In this document: in pieces, positions 51,378-62,993 of the stretch
Numbering within the stretch: position 1 is the stretch's first letter
Layout of the letters: each line of letters begins with the position of its first letter
Assembly: GCA_035221665.1 (NCBI GenBank)
Contig: CM069164.1
Location: 16,058,001 to 16,122,000, forward strand
DNA from: Okamejei kenojei
Lineage: Eukaryota
Length of the DNA: 64,000 nt
Direction: 5' to 3'
The notes under the pieces: model-generated
What the model was told of the DNA's origin: nothing
Databases searched by the model: none
What the model saw: only the letters and a program-made list of their open reading frames with translations
Program-made: the position numbers and the translations under genes

Positions 51378-54300
51378 CCCGTCTCCGTACCTCAACGCTC
51401 CAGTGTCCAATGTTGGAAATTTTAGACCAAGCCCATCAGCGGTGCCCCGGCTCCTCGCGGTGGATGGGGAGATGGTCCTCGCTCCTGGATCACCGACTCA
51501 TTTCCAGGGACACAGCGTCGCCCAACCCTGGGCTTCTCCTTCTAAAGAGATTTGGGAGCAGGTGAGCGCGGCAGTTTTAAGCCGGGATCTGTAATCAGAT
51601 CTGCGCAGCTCGACCGCCCTTAACCTGAACCTGATCCCCCGGCGGGCCAGACCCGAGCACCGACTAACCAGGGCGCCAAGCCGATGTTAATCAGGCTCCC
51701 GACCGACCTGCACAATCTTGACCCATTTCTGCAGAAGAAAGAACAAGTCTGGGACCGGTGTCTATGGAAACTGAAATAATTTACTCTCTGAATACTCAAG
51801 CAATTCTAATCAGATGTCATTAAATATTCGGTGAATCTGATTAAGGATTCCCACCGACCGGTCCTTTCCCTTCACACTGCCCTGTCCTGGACCTGGGCCG
51901 ACAGTGGACGCATCGGTGCACGGTCGTGGCTTGAAGCTTCGGAGGGGGTGGGGGGTGGAGGGGGGATCGCGGGGGGGGGGGGGGGGGGGGGAAGAGGAGG
52001 GGAGGGAGGGAGGGAGGGAGAGGGGGGGGAGGTGGAGGAGGGGGGAGGTGGAGAGGGGGGAGGGGGGAGATGTTCCAGCCTCCATACTCCGGACTGAGTT
52101 CGGCGACGATGGCCATTGCTTTCGGTCCGTAAAGGGTCCCGCAGCGCCGCGCACATTAAATATTAAAAAATGGGAAATAGTGGAGCGGGTTGGGCGAGGG
52201 TTCATGAAGGGGAAGCACGCCTAATGGTGTTCTGATGGTGTGACTTGTGGAACGGATAAGGGGATCCAGTGGATGTGGGGTATTTTGATTTTTAGAGGGT
52301 CTTCGATAGGGTCCCAAGTTGGAAATTGATCAACAAGGGGTTGGGAATATTAATGCACTAGTGTGGACTGCCAGTATTCCCACCAATTCCCCGGCAGCAT
52401 ATTCCAGGCACCTGTCGAAAATAAATTTCCATCAAAACATAAATCCTCCCCGCTCTTGCCTTAAGGCTACGTCCTCTAGTATTTGCCACTTCCACCCTAA
52501 GGTTAGTGACTTTGACCATCGACCCTACTATGCCTCTCATCTTTATATAAACCTAAGGGAAAACAATTAGTCTGTCTAACTTTTCCTGATCATAAATAAT
52601 ATCTAATGCAGGCATCGCCCTGGCGAACCACTTCTGTCCCCTCTCCAGAAACCCCACAACCTTCCTGTGATGTGAAACCAGAACTGCCCGCAATACTCCA
52701 CATGTGGTCCAACAAACGTTTTATACAGCTGCAACGTTCCCCTCCGCTTTTTCACTTAATGTCCCCACTGCTGAAGACAAGAATGTGGTACCTTCATTAC
52801 CTGTCCAGCCATGTTCACGACCCCCCTGTTCAATGTCCTTAAGTGTCGAGGCCTTTACTGTACATTTACTTCTTACATTTCATCTTTCGAAATGCAACAC
52901 TTTTCATTTTTTCGGCATAAACTTCTTCTGCCAATCCTCCACCCATATTTCCAACTGGTGTGTATCCTGTTGCATTCTTTGGCAATATTATTCACTGTAC
53001 AAAACACTGCTATTTTTCACGTTATCTACAAAACTTTCCAACCAACACATTTATACTCACTTCCAAATTATTTATATATTCATATATATATATATAACAT
53101 AAACAACAGAGATCCCAGCACTGGCCCCCACCTCACAGACCTCTGGGCAGAATATCCCCCCCCTCTCCTCCCCCTTCTCTCCTCCCCCTTCTCCTCCCCC
53201 CTTCTCCTCCCCCTTTCTCCTGTCCCCCCTCTCCTTCCCCCCTCCTCCCTCCCCTCCCCCTCCCCCTCTCCCTACTCCCCCCATCCCCCTCTCCCTACTC
53301 TCCCTACCATTACCCACTGTCTTCTATGAAAGAAGAATTTTGAATCCAGTACATCATGGCACCGTGTGTCTTATACCTCGGACCAGCCTAGCATGAAGGC
53401 TGCTCATCTGAACAAAAGGATGTACTAGTAATCGGTGGAATGCAGCAAAGATTCACCAGGGTTGTCCAGGGATGTTAGGTTTGCGCATGAGGAGAGATTT
53501 CGTGGACTCAGACTGCACTTTCTGGAGTTTGGAAGAATTAGAGGTGATTTCATGTAAATGTAACACATTCCTTCGAGGCCTGTAGTTGATAATGGGGGGG
53601 GGGGGGGGGGGTGCGTTTCACTTGGCTGAAGAGTCTTGAATCAGAATAAGGGCTCATAATCGTCCCACCCTGGTCATTCCTTTTCCCAGCGTCCTGCAGG
53701 AGGTTTAGAAACTTGAAAGCGCCAGACACAGAAACAGCTTCTTCCCTCCGTTATCAGGCTTCTGAACGGCCCTTCTATAAAGCCAAGATACTGTTCGATT
53801 CATCCCTACCCCACTGAGGACATTGCATTTTGTGTAAGGAACCGATGCGCTGCAATGCTAAAAATTATATTCTGCAACTCTGTATCTCGCCCGTTGCTCT
53901 GTCTTTTGTACGACTTTGAACTGATTACAACTATGTATGGTATGTTGGATCTGTTTAGATAGCTTGCCAGCTAAAGCTTTTCACCGTTCCTCGCTATTTG
54001 TGGTAATAATAAACTTAACCTAAGGGGTAAACGGGTTAGAACCAATGAGAGGAACATTTCTTCATCGGAGACTGGATATATTTTTGAAATTCCCAACCAG
54101 AAGGGCTGTGGAGGCTTGCTTGGTCCTTGGATTCATTCAACGTTGAAATCCGCAGATCTTCTATCGATACTCTGGCGTTAATTAAATCAAGCGATTTGGG
54201 GACAGGGCGGGAAAATGGTGCCTGGATCAGCCATGATCTTGTGGATCCCCGGGAACTACATGGCCTCCTGTTCACAGATGTCCTTTGTTCTTATTGCGAT

Positions 54301-54789
54301 CAATCAATTATTACTTATTTTACAGACTCGGGAAAAGACGGTGCTGAGCCAGAGGGCTGTGGAGCATTGCAGGCCAGGTGCGAAGCAGTGTAGTCCCTGG
54401 AGACTCATTACAGTCCCGGCGTGATCTTTCCCCCGGGGGACAGCTGGACGACGCGCCGACGGTTGTTTGGACGCCTCGCTTCTTTCCACTGCATTTTATT
54501 GCAGGTCTGTCTCTCCGGAACCGAGTTTCAGCACCTCGGACAGAGACCCGGCTCCAGCCGACCCAGAGCACGAGTCCAGGACTGTGGGTTGGTACCGCGA
54601 ATGAAGGGGGAGAGGGGGCTAAGGAGGGGTCCCATCCTCTCTAGTTGATTGATGGCTGGCTGGTGGCTGTGTCCGGCCAGAGCTAGAGACTGCAGTTCAC
54701 TCCATGATTGATTGCTGGTAAAGAACATTTCTTAAATAAAACAGATAGGATTGTTGGTATCCACGCTCCAGGCAGCCCCTGGGAGACCC

Positions 54790-55460
54790 GGTGGTGGAGT
54801 AACACTCTCCAAATAAATGTGGGTCGGGCTGCCGAATTGTACATGTCTACCAAACATAAAACCTTTACTTATAATAGGATTAGTCATTGGGAAATCCATA
54901 AATTAGATTTAACGTTCATAGAGCGGGATCTTTTGAAGAATATCTGGGTGCGAGGATTGACCGGATCGGAAGATTTAGCGAGAGCCCAGTGCAATTAGCC
55001 ATCTGGTTAGACAAGACCAGGCTTAAACCTAATGAGAAAGCTAAGCTTGCTAAAGAGTTCGTGATATCTCTATTTTATCCTTTAATCTTGGACGAGGTTT
55101 CGCAAAACACGTCGTCAAGTTTGGATGGCGTTTCCATAACGTTTGTCAAAGATATATTACATCTCCCAATTAGTGTTGGTGATTGTCTTTTGTCCTGCAG
55201 GGTTCGTAATTGGGCCTTGATATCCCTAAATTGTTCATCGTTGCGATTATTAGAAAGTTAGCGTTTAAGAAAATCGACCTTATGTCCTTTAGAACATGAC
55301 AGGGGTTAATATCCGTGGATGGGAGGAGGTGTTCTTTCAGTCAACTATCCATGAAATGCAAGTTTTGCTCATTATAAGGATAGTCTCAACTCCAACTGGT
55401 GAATTAAGCGGTCGAACTTGTTTTATTAAGTCCAACTTGAAAGGTAAAGGTTTTACAGAA
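54790..55460 (+). mobile_element. Degenerate R2-superfamily (RLE non-LTR) reverse transcriptase fragment
   Basis: Frameshifted pieces LQINV..., YLGARID, LKPNEKAKLAKEF...LDG...FVKDILHLP..VGDCLL and KGKGF fall in the order of R2 RT motifs 6-7 and the thumb. Confidence 0.55.
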
Positions 55461-56624
55461 GAAACTGCATATGCTGGAAAATCGAGGGTACACAAAATGC
55501 TGGAGAAACTCAGCGGGTGCAGCAGCATCTATGGAGCGAAGGAGATAGGCAACGTTTCGGGCCGAAACGATTAATATTCGATTACAGATATCTGGCTGGA
55601 TGATAGACTTTAGGGATTTGTAAAATATCTTGATAGTTCCTCATCGGACTCTGTTGAAAGGGAAGAGGCAAAGGGATACACGTGCCTTGCAAACTAACGC
55701 CATTTGGAAGGCAGCACCTGGGGCTCCCAGGGGAAGACTACCCTGACCACACGCCGGGCCTCGTCCCCGCGTCCCCTTCCTACTCGCTGGGGCACCCGTT
55801 CCTGCTTTAGAAATTCGCCTGGTTCCGTGTCCCGCACTCTTTTTACATTTACCGGGGCATTGTTATAAAGAGCAGTACAGCACAGAAAGAGGCCCTTTGG
55901 CCCACAATGTCTGTACCGATTATGATGCCATTCTAAATGTACCCTACCTGCCTGACATGAGCCTCTACTCCCTGCCAGCTCATCCACGTGTTGGTCTAAA
56001 TGCCTCTAAAAAGTTGATATTGCGTCTGCTTGCATCACATTCCCTGGCAGTAGAATCCAGACGCCCACTCCAACTAGAGGCACTGGATCACTCGGGGTTT
56101 CGCATCTTAATCCTGTGCCCTCTAGTATTTGAGAATCAGAGTCGGGTCTAGAATCCCTCTAGTTCCCCACGCTGTCTTTAAACATAGAGCTGATAGTAAT
56201 AATTATCATTCTACCGTGTAACGTTCACACACAGCTAGTCCGGTACCAGGTGTTACGAGTGTAGAGAATTAAAGGAGTTTGATTGTAAAACAGCAGCGTG
56301 GAAGCAAGAGTGAACAGGTAAAACTCCTGTAATTCGAAGCATTAGTGTTGCCGGACAAACGGGTGTTTTGAATTAGTGCTCCATTACATCTTGAATTCAC
56401 TATTCTTTCTTTAAATGTTGCACTGAAGAATAACACATGTTGTGGCTAGAAGGAGCGTCGGACACAGACGCGGGAGAGTTTAGCTGAGCGGGAGGTTCAC
56501 TCCCCGGCTTCTTGGAGCCCAGGTTCGGCTGCAGAGAGCAGGAAGGCCGCGAGGGGGCGGTGGCGTTGCGCGGGGAGTACAACGAGCTCCGAAATCTCCG
56601 CTGACCCAAGCAGAATGTGGCAAA

Positions 56625-56812
56625 AGACAGACTCAAAGTGCTGGAGTAACAGCGGGTCGGTTAGCATCTCTGGAGAAAAAGGATGGGTGAAGTTTCGGGT
56701 CGGGACCCTTCTTCAGACCTGAAACAGCACCTATCCATGTTCTCTAGAGACCTGCCTGACCCACTGAGTTACTCCAACACTTTGCTATAACTCAGCATCT
56801 GCAGTTCCTTCC
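56625..56812. mobile_element. Palindromic Penelope-derived repeat with a hammerhead-like core (- strand)
   Basis: Inverted arms around cttcttcagacctgaaac; - strand 56719-56686 reads ggt-CTGAAGA-a-gggtc-cc-gaccc-GAAAC-TTC-acc. Confidence 0.8.
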
Positions 56813-56919
56813 TATTGCAGACCGTGGATAAAGATAAGTACAGTCCATTTAAAATATAAACACGGGAAAGAAATTCCAGACACCTAGGCAACAGCCTTGC
56901 CCCCATTTAATCTTCAATT

Positions 56920-57130
56920 AGGGCGGCACAGCGGTAGAATTGCTGTCTTCCAACGCCGGATACCCGAGTTCGATCCCGACTACCGGGTGCTGTCAGTATG
57001 GAGTTTGTGCGTTCTCCCCGTGACCGCGTGGGCTTTTACAAAGGTGCTCCGGTTTCCTTCCACACTGGACAGGTTTGTAGGTTAATTGGCTTCAGTAAAA
57101 AAATGTAGGTTGTTGGCAGTGTGAAGGGTA
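56920..57130 (+). mobile_element. V-SINE (HE1-like), 3' truncated
   Basis: gggcggcacagcgg...gagttcgatcc (B box)...ggagtttgtgcgttctccccgtgaccgcgtggg. Confidence 0.8.
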
Positions 57131-57309
57131 CATTACTCCAAGTTGTGGAGTAACTCCAAGTACAGTACTCAAGTTAAATGGTTTAATGCTGATTATCTTT
57201 ATTCATTTTTTATCCATGAGTGAATCATGACAATTAACATTTTCGCGAATTCTCAGAGATAGTGTTGATCCTTAAAGCAGAATGGTTTCAATGTCACAGG
57301 CAAAATGTA

Positions 57310-58240
57310 AACAGGTACTTCACCTAGAAAGGTGGAAGAGAGATTGGAGCAGGATAAAGCTTGTCGAGTAATAGGTAGATACGGGTGAGGGGATGATCGA
57401 AGGCCAGTGATGAAAAGAGAAAAGATGTGATAAGGATTGAACAGTTGTGAATTGTGAAGCTAGAGGATGGAAGTAAATGGGAGGAGAGAAATAGGTGCAA
57501 GTCCAGGTGGGCCGGGGTTTAGTTATACACATAAAAACGGAGAATTCGATGTTCATATGGTTGGGCTGTAAGCTATCGAAGTGGACTATGAGGTGATGTT
57601 CCTCCAGTTTGCATGTGGCCTACCTCTCTGGTGATGGAGGAGGCCCAGGACAGAAAGGTTAGTATGGGGATGGGAAGAGGAGTTAAAATAGTTAGCAACC
57701 AGAAGATCCAGCAGGCTTTGGTAGACCAAGTGCAAGCGTTGCCAAGTTCACGCTTGGACTTGTAGATGTATAGGAGGCCACATCCAGAACACAGAATGCA
57801 GTAGATGTGGTTAGAGGAGATTCACGTGAACGTCTGTCTCACCTGGAAGGAATGCTGGGGTCTCTGGATGGATGTGAAGGAGGAGGTATAGGGACAGGTT
57901 TACATCGCCTGCAGTTGCAGGGGAAAGTATCAGGGCAGGGTTGACTTGGGTGGCTGGAGATGAGTGAACCCAGGAGTTGCGGAGGGAGCGGTCTCTGTGG
58001 AAGGCGGAAATGAGTGGGAATGGGAAGATGTGACTGGTGGTGGAATCATGTTGAAGGTGGAGGAAATGTTAGAGAATTCCTTCCCCGCCCCCTCCCCCCC
58101 ACCCCCATCACAATCAGTTTGAAGAAGGGTCCGACCCGAAACATCATCTATCCACGTTCTCCAGAGTTGCTGCCTGAGCCGCTGAGATACACTTGCACTT
58201 TGTGTCTTTTGTAAATGAGCATCCGCACTTCCTTGTGTCT
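57310..58240 (-). mobile_element. Penelope-like (Poseidon-type) fragment with an inverted pLTR
   Basis: - strand remnant TFPCNCRRC...SFQVRQ.F...SSN.IYCI.C..CGLLYI; oppositely oriented pLTR at about 58110-58240 (ttgaagaagggtccgacccgaaac). Confidence 0.85.
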
Positions 58241-61149
58241 GATCCCATTTTAACAACTGTCGATTCTAACCTCTCCCAGATTTAAAAAAAGCTCCCATCT
58301 CAAACACAGGGCAGCTTACAGGAAATACTAATTCGCCCACGCCATTGCCACTGTAGACGAATTATAACCCTGTCTAGAAGGGAAAAAATACTTAAAATCA
58401 CATGCAGTGCATAATTTTTCGCAGAGACCATTGGCTGCTACTAAACTGCTGCAGGCACCATTCCAAAATTAAATTCCCAAATGCAAAGCATCTGGGCTCC
58501 TGGAATCTACTCCAGCCAAGTTCCTTCACAGGCAGAAAGAGAAACCGTCAGGAAGTGAAACAAATGTAAGAAAGCTAATTCTCACACCAGCAGTGGTTGC
58601 TAAATCTTTGTTAGTGTGTCCAGGCCCCATCCACCAGACTGGGAGTGAAGCAGGTGGGCACGGTCATTAAACTGAAAGGGACCTCTGGGCTGGCGAAGTG
58701 AGTTGTAGCTGGAGAACAATTGTTGACCTTTCCTAAATTTTAACCCCCACAGAATGCACTGCGCCTTCTTAAACAACTGTCTCGATTTTACATTAGGTGC
58801 AAAGCTCCATCAAGAACAGATGCAGATGGACTCGGCTTGGTTTTAAGGGAAATTTAAATCATCGTCCCACCACAGCAATTCAGAATCTACTAAGACATCT
58901 TACCCCACTCACAGGATGGACATCTCAAGATGAGGTAGTACCTACGATGGCCTTAAGCTTAAATGGAGAAACTGGATCAGTCATGGAAACAATGTGCACT
59001 TTAAGTGATAAGTCAGACTCATCAGGAAAGAAAATGGTACCCCCACGCAGTTAAAAGAAAAACTCAGACATCATTGTTAAGCCAGCAGCCAACAGTGCTG
59101 TCATCATGGGCAGGAAACAGCACTTGCTGGAAACACATTGGCAATCAAACAATAGAAAAAAACCCACAGTGCTGGCCAAACTCAGTGGATCAGGGAGAAT
59201 CTGTGAACAGAATGGACAGATAACATTTTAGGTCTTTAAAAGGAGGCGCAGTCCTCTTTCTTACAGTTTGGCTTTCTTCCCAACCCATTGTTCAAGCGCT
59301 TTTGATTGCAATATGCGCCTTAATTTAGTTCAACAAAGAAACTGACAAGTTGCTAAAGAACTTCCTTTTCCTTCTTCCTTCTATGGAAGAACCCTCTTCC
59401 TTCTTATGGAGCATCCGCACCTCAAATGCTGTGTGTCCATTCCCTCCAAAGATTGATTTCCTCCATCACTTTATGTTTTGCTCAAAATGTCAGCTTTTGA
59501 GCAAAACACAAAGTGCTGGAGGAACTCAATGGGTCAGGAAGCATCTTTAGATTGACAGTTTCTTGTCCAAACAATAGACACTGCAACAAACTAACTAAGG
59601 CCATCTATAAAGAGACACAAAGGGAAAATTGAGTGAGACACAATTAGAATATTACAATGGGAAACAGCCCTGAGCCAGAAAATTCTGATCCATGGTCCTC
59701 ACAGTCCAGTCTCCAAACCACCATCTCCTGTCCCATCTCCCATCCGATCTCCACAATCCTGTCTCCACACTCGTGCTCCACACTCCTATCCCGTCTCCTC
59801 CCATTTCCATTTAAATATGTGGTAGCCTGTTTCTCCAGCCCTGTTTCTGTAGCCCTTATTAATGTTTGCAGTTGTTGCGATTTGGCTGAAGGGTCCCCCG
59901 AACCAAAGTGGAGGCGTCAATATGAATGAGACTCATTGTTGTAGACCCATCTGATCTGCACAGCCATGGAAATGCAGGCATTGGACCAAACCTGGACTGT
60001 TCCTCTGCTAATCATTTGCAGACTATAACCGTATGATGCAGACATTGGGAAATGCTGAGCTATATGCAGTGTACAGAGTGGGTGTTGGACCAGTCTGTGT
60101 CCTGGGATTTTCCTCCCACATCCTAATTAAACATTCCTCTTACACACAGCTGCTTCAAGAGTGCAGCCAATATAGCTTCCAACATCTTTGGTTAGGTCTT
60201 GTTTGTAAATTTAGTTTAGGAGAATTGTCGGTAAATTATTTTAGCAGAAATAATTGTTGAACATGAGAGATTGACTCATATTGAATCATTGTGAAAGCAC
60301 CATTGAACCACAAGAAAGAACATAGCACAGTAGGAATACACGTCGAATAGTAGAAATATATGTACAATAGAACATGAACAGGCCTTTCAGACAACAAAGT
60401 CTGTGCCAAATATGATACCAAGGCCATCGCTGGTCTATCTGCACATAATCCATATCCATAATGCCCAGCCCAAAGTCTATTCAATGCCACAATCATACCT
60501 GCTTCAACCACCAATCAGTGCTAGAGTGCTCCAGGCACTCACCACCCTCTGTGTTAAAATAACTTGCCCCACACATCTCCTGCATCAATTGCGACTTGGT
60601 AAGTATGATTGTGATACGAGTAATTCTGAGGTGGCAAAGCTTGGTACTACCGTTCCCAGAAGGATTCTGTACCATAATTCAGATCACTCTTCAGGAAGAA
60701 AAACTATTTTTATGTCGAGAATCCAAGAAATAAGCTGAACTAATGTCTAGTATATGCTGCTTTGCCCACATGAACATTAATGGGCAGCCTTGCTCCAAAT
60801 ATGCACAAAAATGAATCCTAGTCACCACAACCTTGGTGAGGCCAGACAACTAACCGCATATTGTAATTATCTAATGGAATCAATGAGTCATGTTTTTACC
60901 TGCAAAAAAACACAGCAGTTTATGATTTTATACAAAGCTGTTGTGCCTTTTCTGAGTTGTATTGTGCTTCTTTTGCTCATTTTTGACAAGAGCCCGTCTT
61001 TAATAACATATGGTTAGTTTGACAGTCCAGTCACATCAGTTTGTTGGAAAAGTTTAATCATTTCCCCCCATATGTTTTTTATATTTCTCATACACATTTA
61101 CAGTTTCAATGTTTAAGCATTTAATTATACTGTTTGCAGTTCACTCACA

Positions 61150-62545
61150 GTTACACAGCATGGAAATAGGCCATTCAGCCCACTTAGAGTCATAGAGTGA
61201 TACAGCATGGAAACAGGCCTGTCAGCCCAACTTGCCCACACCAGCCAACATGTCCCAGCTACACTAGTCCCACCTGCCTACGTTTGGTCTATATCCCTAT
61301 CCATGTACCTGTTTAACTGTCTCTTAAATGTTGGGGTAGTCCCAGCCTCAACTATCTCTTCTGGCAGCTTGTTCCGTACACCCACCACCTTCATAGCAGG
61401 TTCCATACACCTTCAACCTGAGCCAGTCTCATTTGCCTTCATTTGGCCCATATCCATCTAAACCTTTTGTATCCATGAACCTGTCCAAATGCCATTTAAG
61501 TGTTGTATTTGTACCCACGTCCACAGCTTCCTCTAGCACCATACTCTGAGCGAAAAACGTGCTTCTCTTTTTATCCTCTCACCTTAAATCTATGCTCTCG
61601 AATTTTAGAATCCCCTGAGAAAATGTCTGTGACCACCCATCTTATCTCTGTCCCACATGATTTCATAAAGCTCTATAAGGTCACCCCTCAAAATCGTTTG
61701 CTCCAGGGAAAACAGACAGAGCCTATCCAGTCTCTTCTATAGCTCAAACTGCTCATTCCTGGCAATATCTTTGTGTATATTTCTGCACCCCCTCTATCTT
61801 AATTACAAAATTCTTACACAAGGGCAACCAGAACTGCACACAAAGGTCCAGGTACGGTCTCATCAACTTCTTATGCAATTGTTCCAAAACGGCCAAACAC
61901 TTGTACTCAATGCCCTAAATGATGAAGACAAGAATGTCCACCTTCTTCTCCACTTTGTCCATATTTGTTGGTACTTTCAGAGAACTATGTACTTGCACCC
62001 CTAGCTCTCTGTTCTATAGCACTCCCCAGAGCATTGTCATTTGTGTGTGGGGGTGGGGGGGGGGGGGGGGGGGGGGAGAAACAGGGTTTTAGTCTCTCCC
62101 TTTGGGGGGGATGCGACTTTTTCTTGCCGTGTCCCCCGTCTCCGTCTCCGTCTCCGTCTGTGCTGAGGCCTAATGGCGGGGCTGGCGGCCTCGGGGCTGT
62201 GGCGATGTTCCAGCGTTCCGGCGGCGTTCCGACTTCGGAGCTGCGGCGGCGTACCGGCGTTCCAGCGGCAGCCCGGCTTCGGAGGCTCGGCCGCGGGCCC
62301 AGTGGGCGACAACATTGGAGGCCTGGATCGCCTCAGTGCAGAGGGAGAACAAGGAGGGAAGAAGACAAAGACTTTAAGACTTTTGCCTTCCATCACAGTG
62401 AGCAGGTGCCTGGTGAACTCACTGTGGTGGATGTTAAATTTGTGTTTATTGTGTGTTTTGTTTTTTATTATATGTATGACCGTAAGGCAACAAAATTTTG
62501 TTGGGACCGAAAGGTCTGAGTGACAATAAAGGATACTTTGACTTT
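61150..62545. mobile_element. Nested CR1 3' fragments (-) plus a GC-rich short element (about 62045-62545, +) ending tgacaataaag
   Basis: CR1 tails acagcatggaaa(c/t)aggcc; GC/CpG-rich body followed by a LINE-like tail. Confidence 0.6.
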
Positions 62546-62993
62546 TGATTTACTGTGGAAATCCTGCCCTGGTTTAATTTACCAAAATGCCAAACTGCAC
62601 TTCTCTGAGTTAAATTCAACCTGCAATTTATTTTATAACATCCCCAGTTGATACAGATTCTTTTGCAACCATGGACAATTTTCTTCACCATCGGGTACAC
62701 CACCAAGTTCGGTGTCTTTTGTAAGGGATTACTGAGTAATCAGGTATCATTATATAAGTAGTAGAAACAAAGAACTGCAGATGCTGGTTAATACACAAAA
62801 GAACAGTTGGTAGTGTAACTAGCAGCCCATGTTCTTAAAGATACAGTGATGTCTGATTTCTGTGCAGACACTCTATCCACCATAACTGAAATCCATTATA
62901 GAGGTTCATAATAACAAGGATTTACTATAGCGTTACAGCTACAGAGAAAATGCAGATAAAAATATATGCAAAGACCACAACGAGGTAGATTGT

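Noticed and set aside
60890-60918. - strand tttttttgcag|gtaaaa resembling a recursive splice site
   Set aside because: Cannot tell whether it lies inside the transcript, and a single motif is insufficient.
61965-62519. 184-aa ORF
   Set aside because: Runs across a CR1 fragment, a poly-G run and a GC-rich repeat; a chance ORF.
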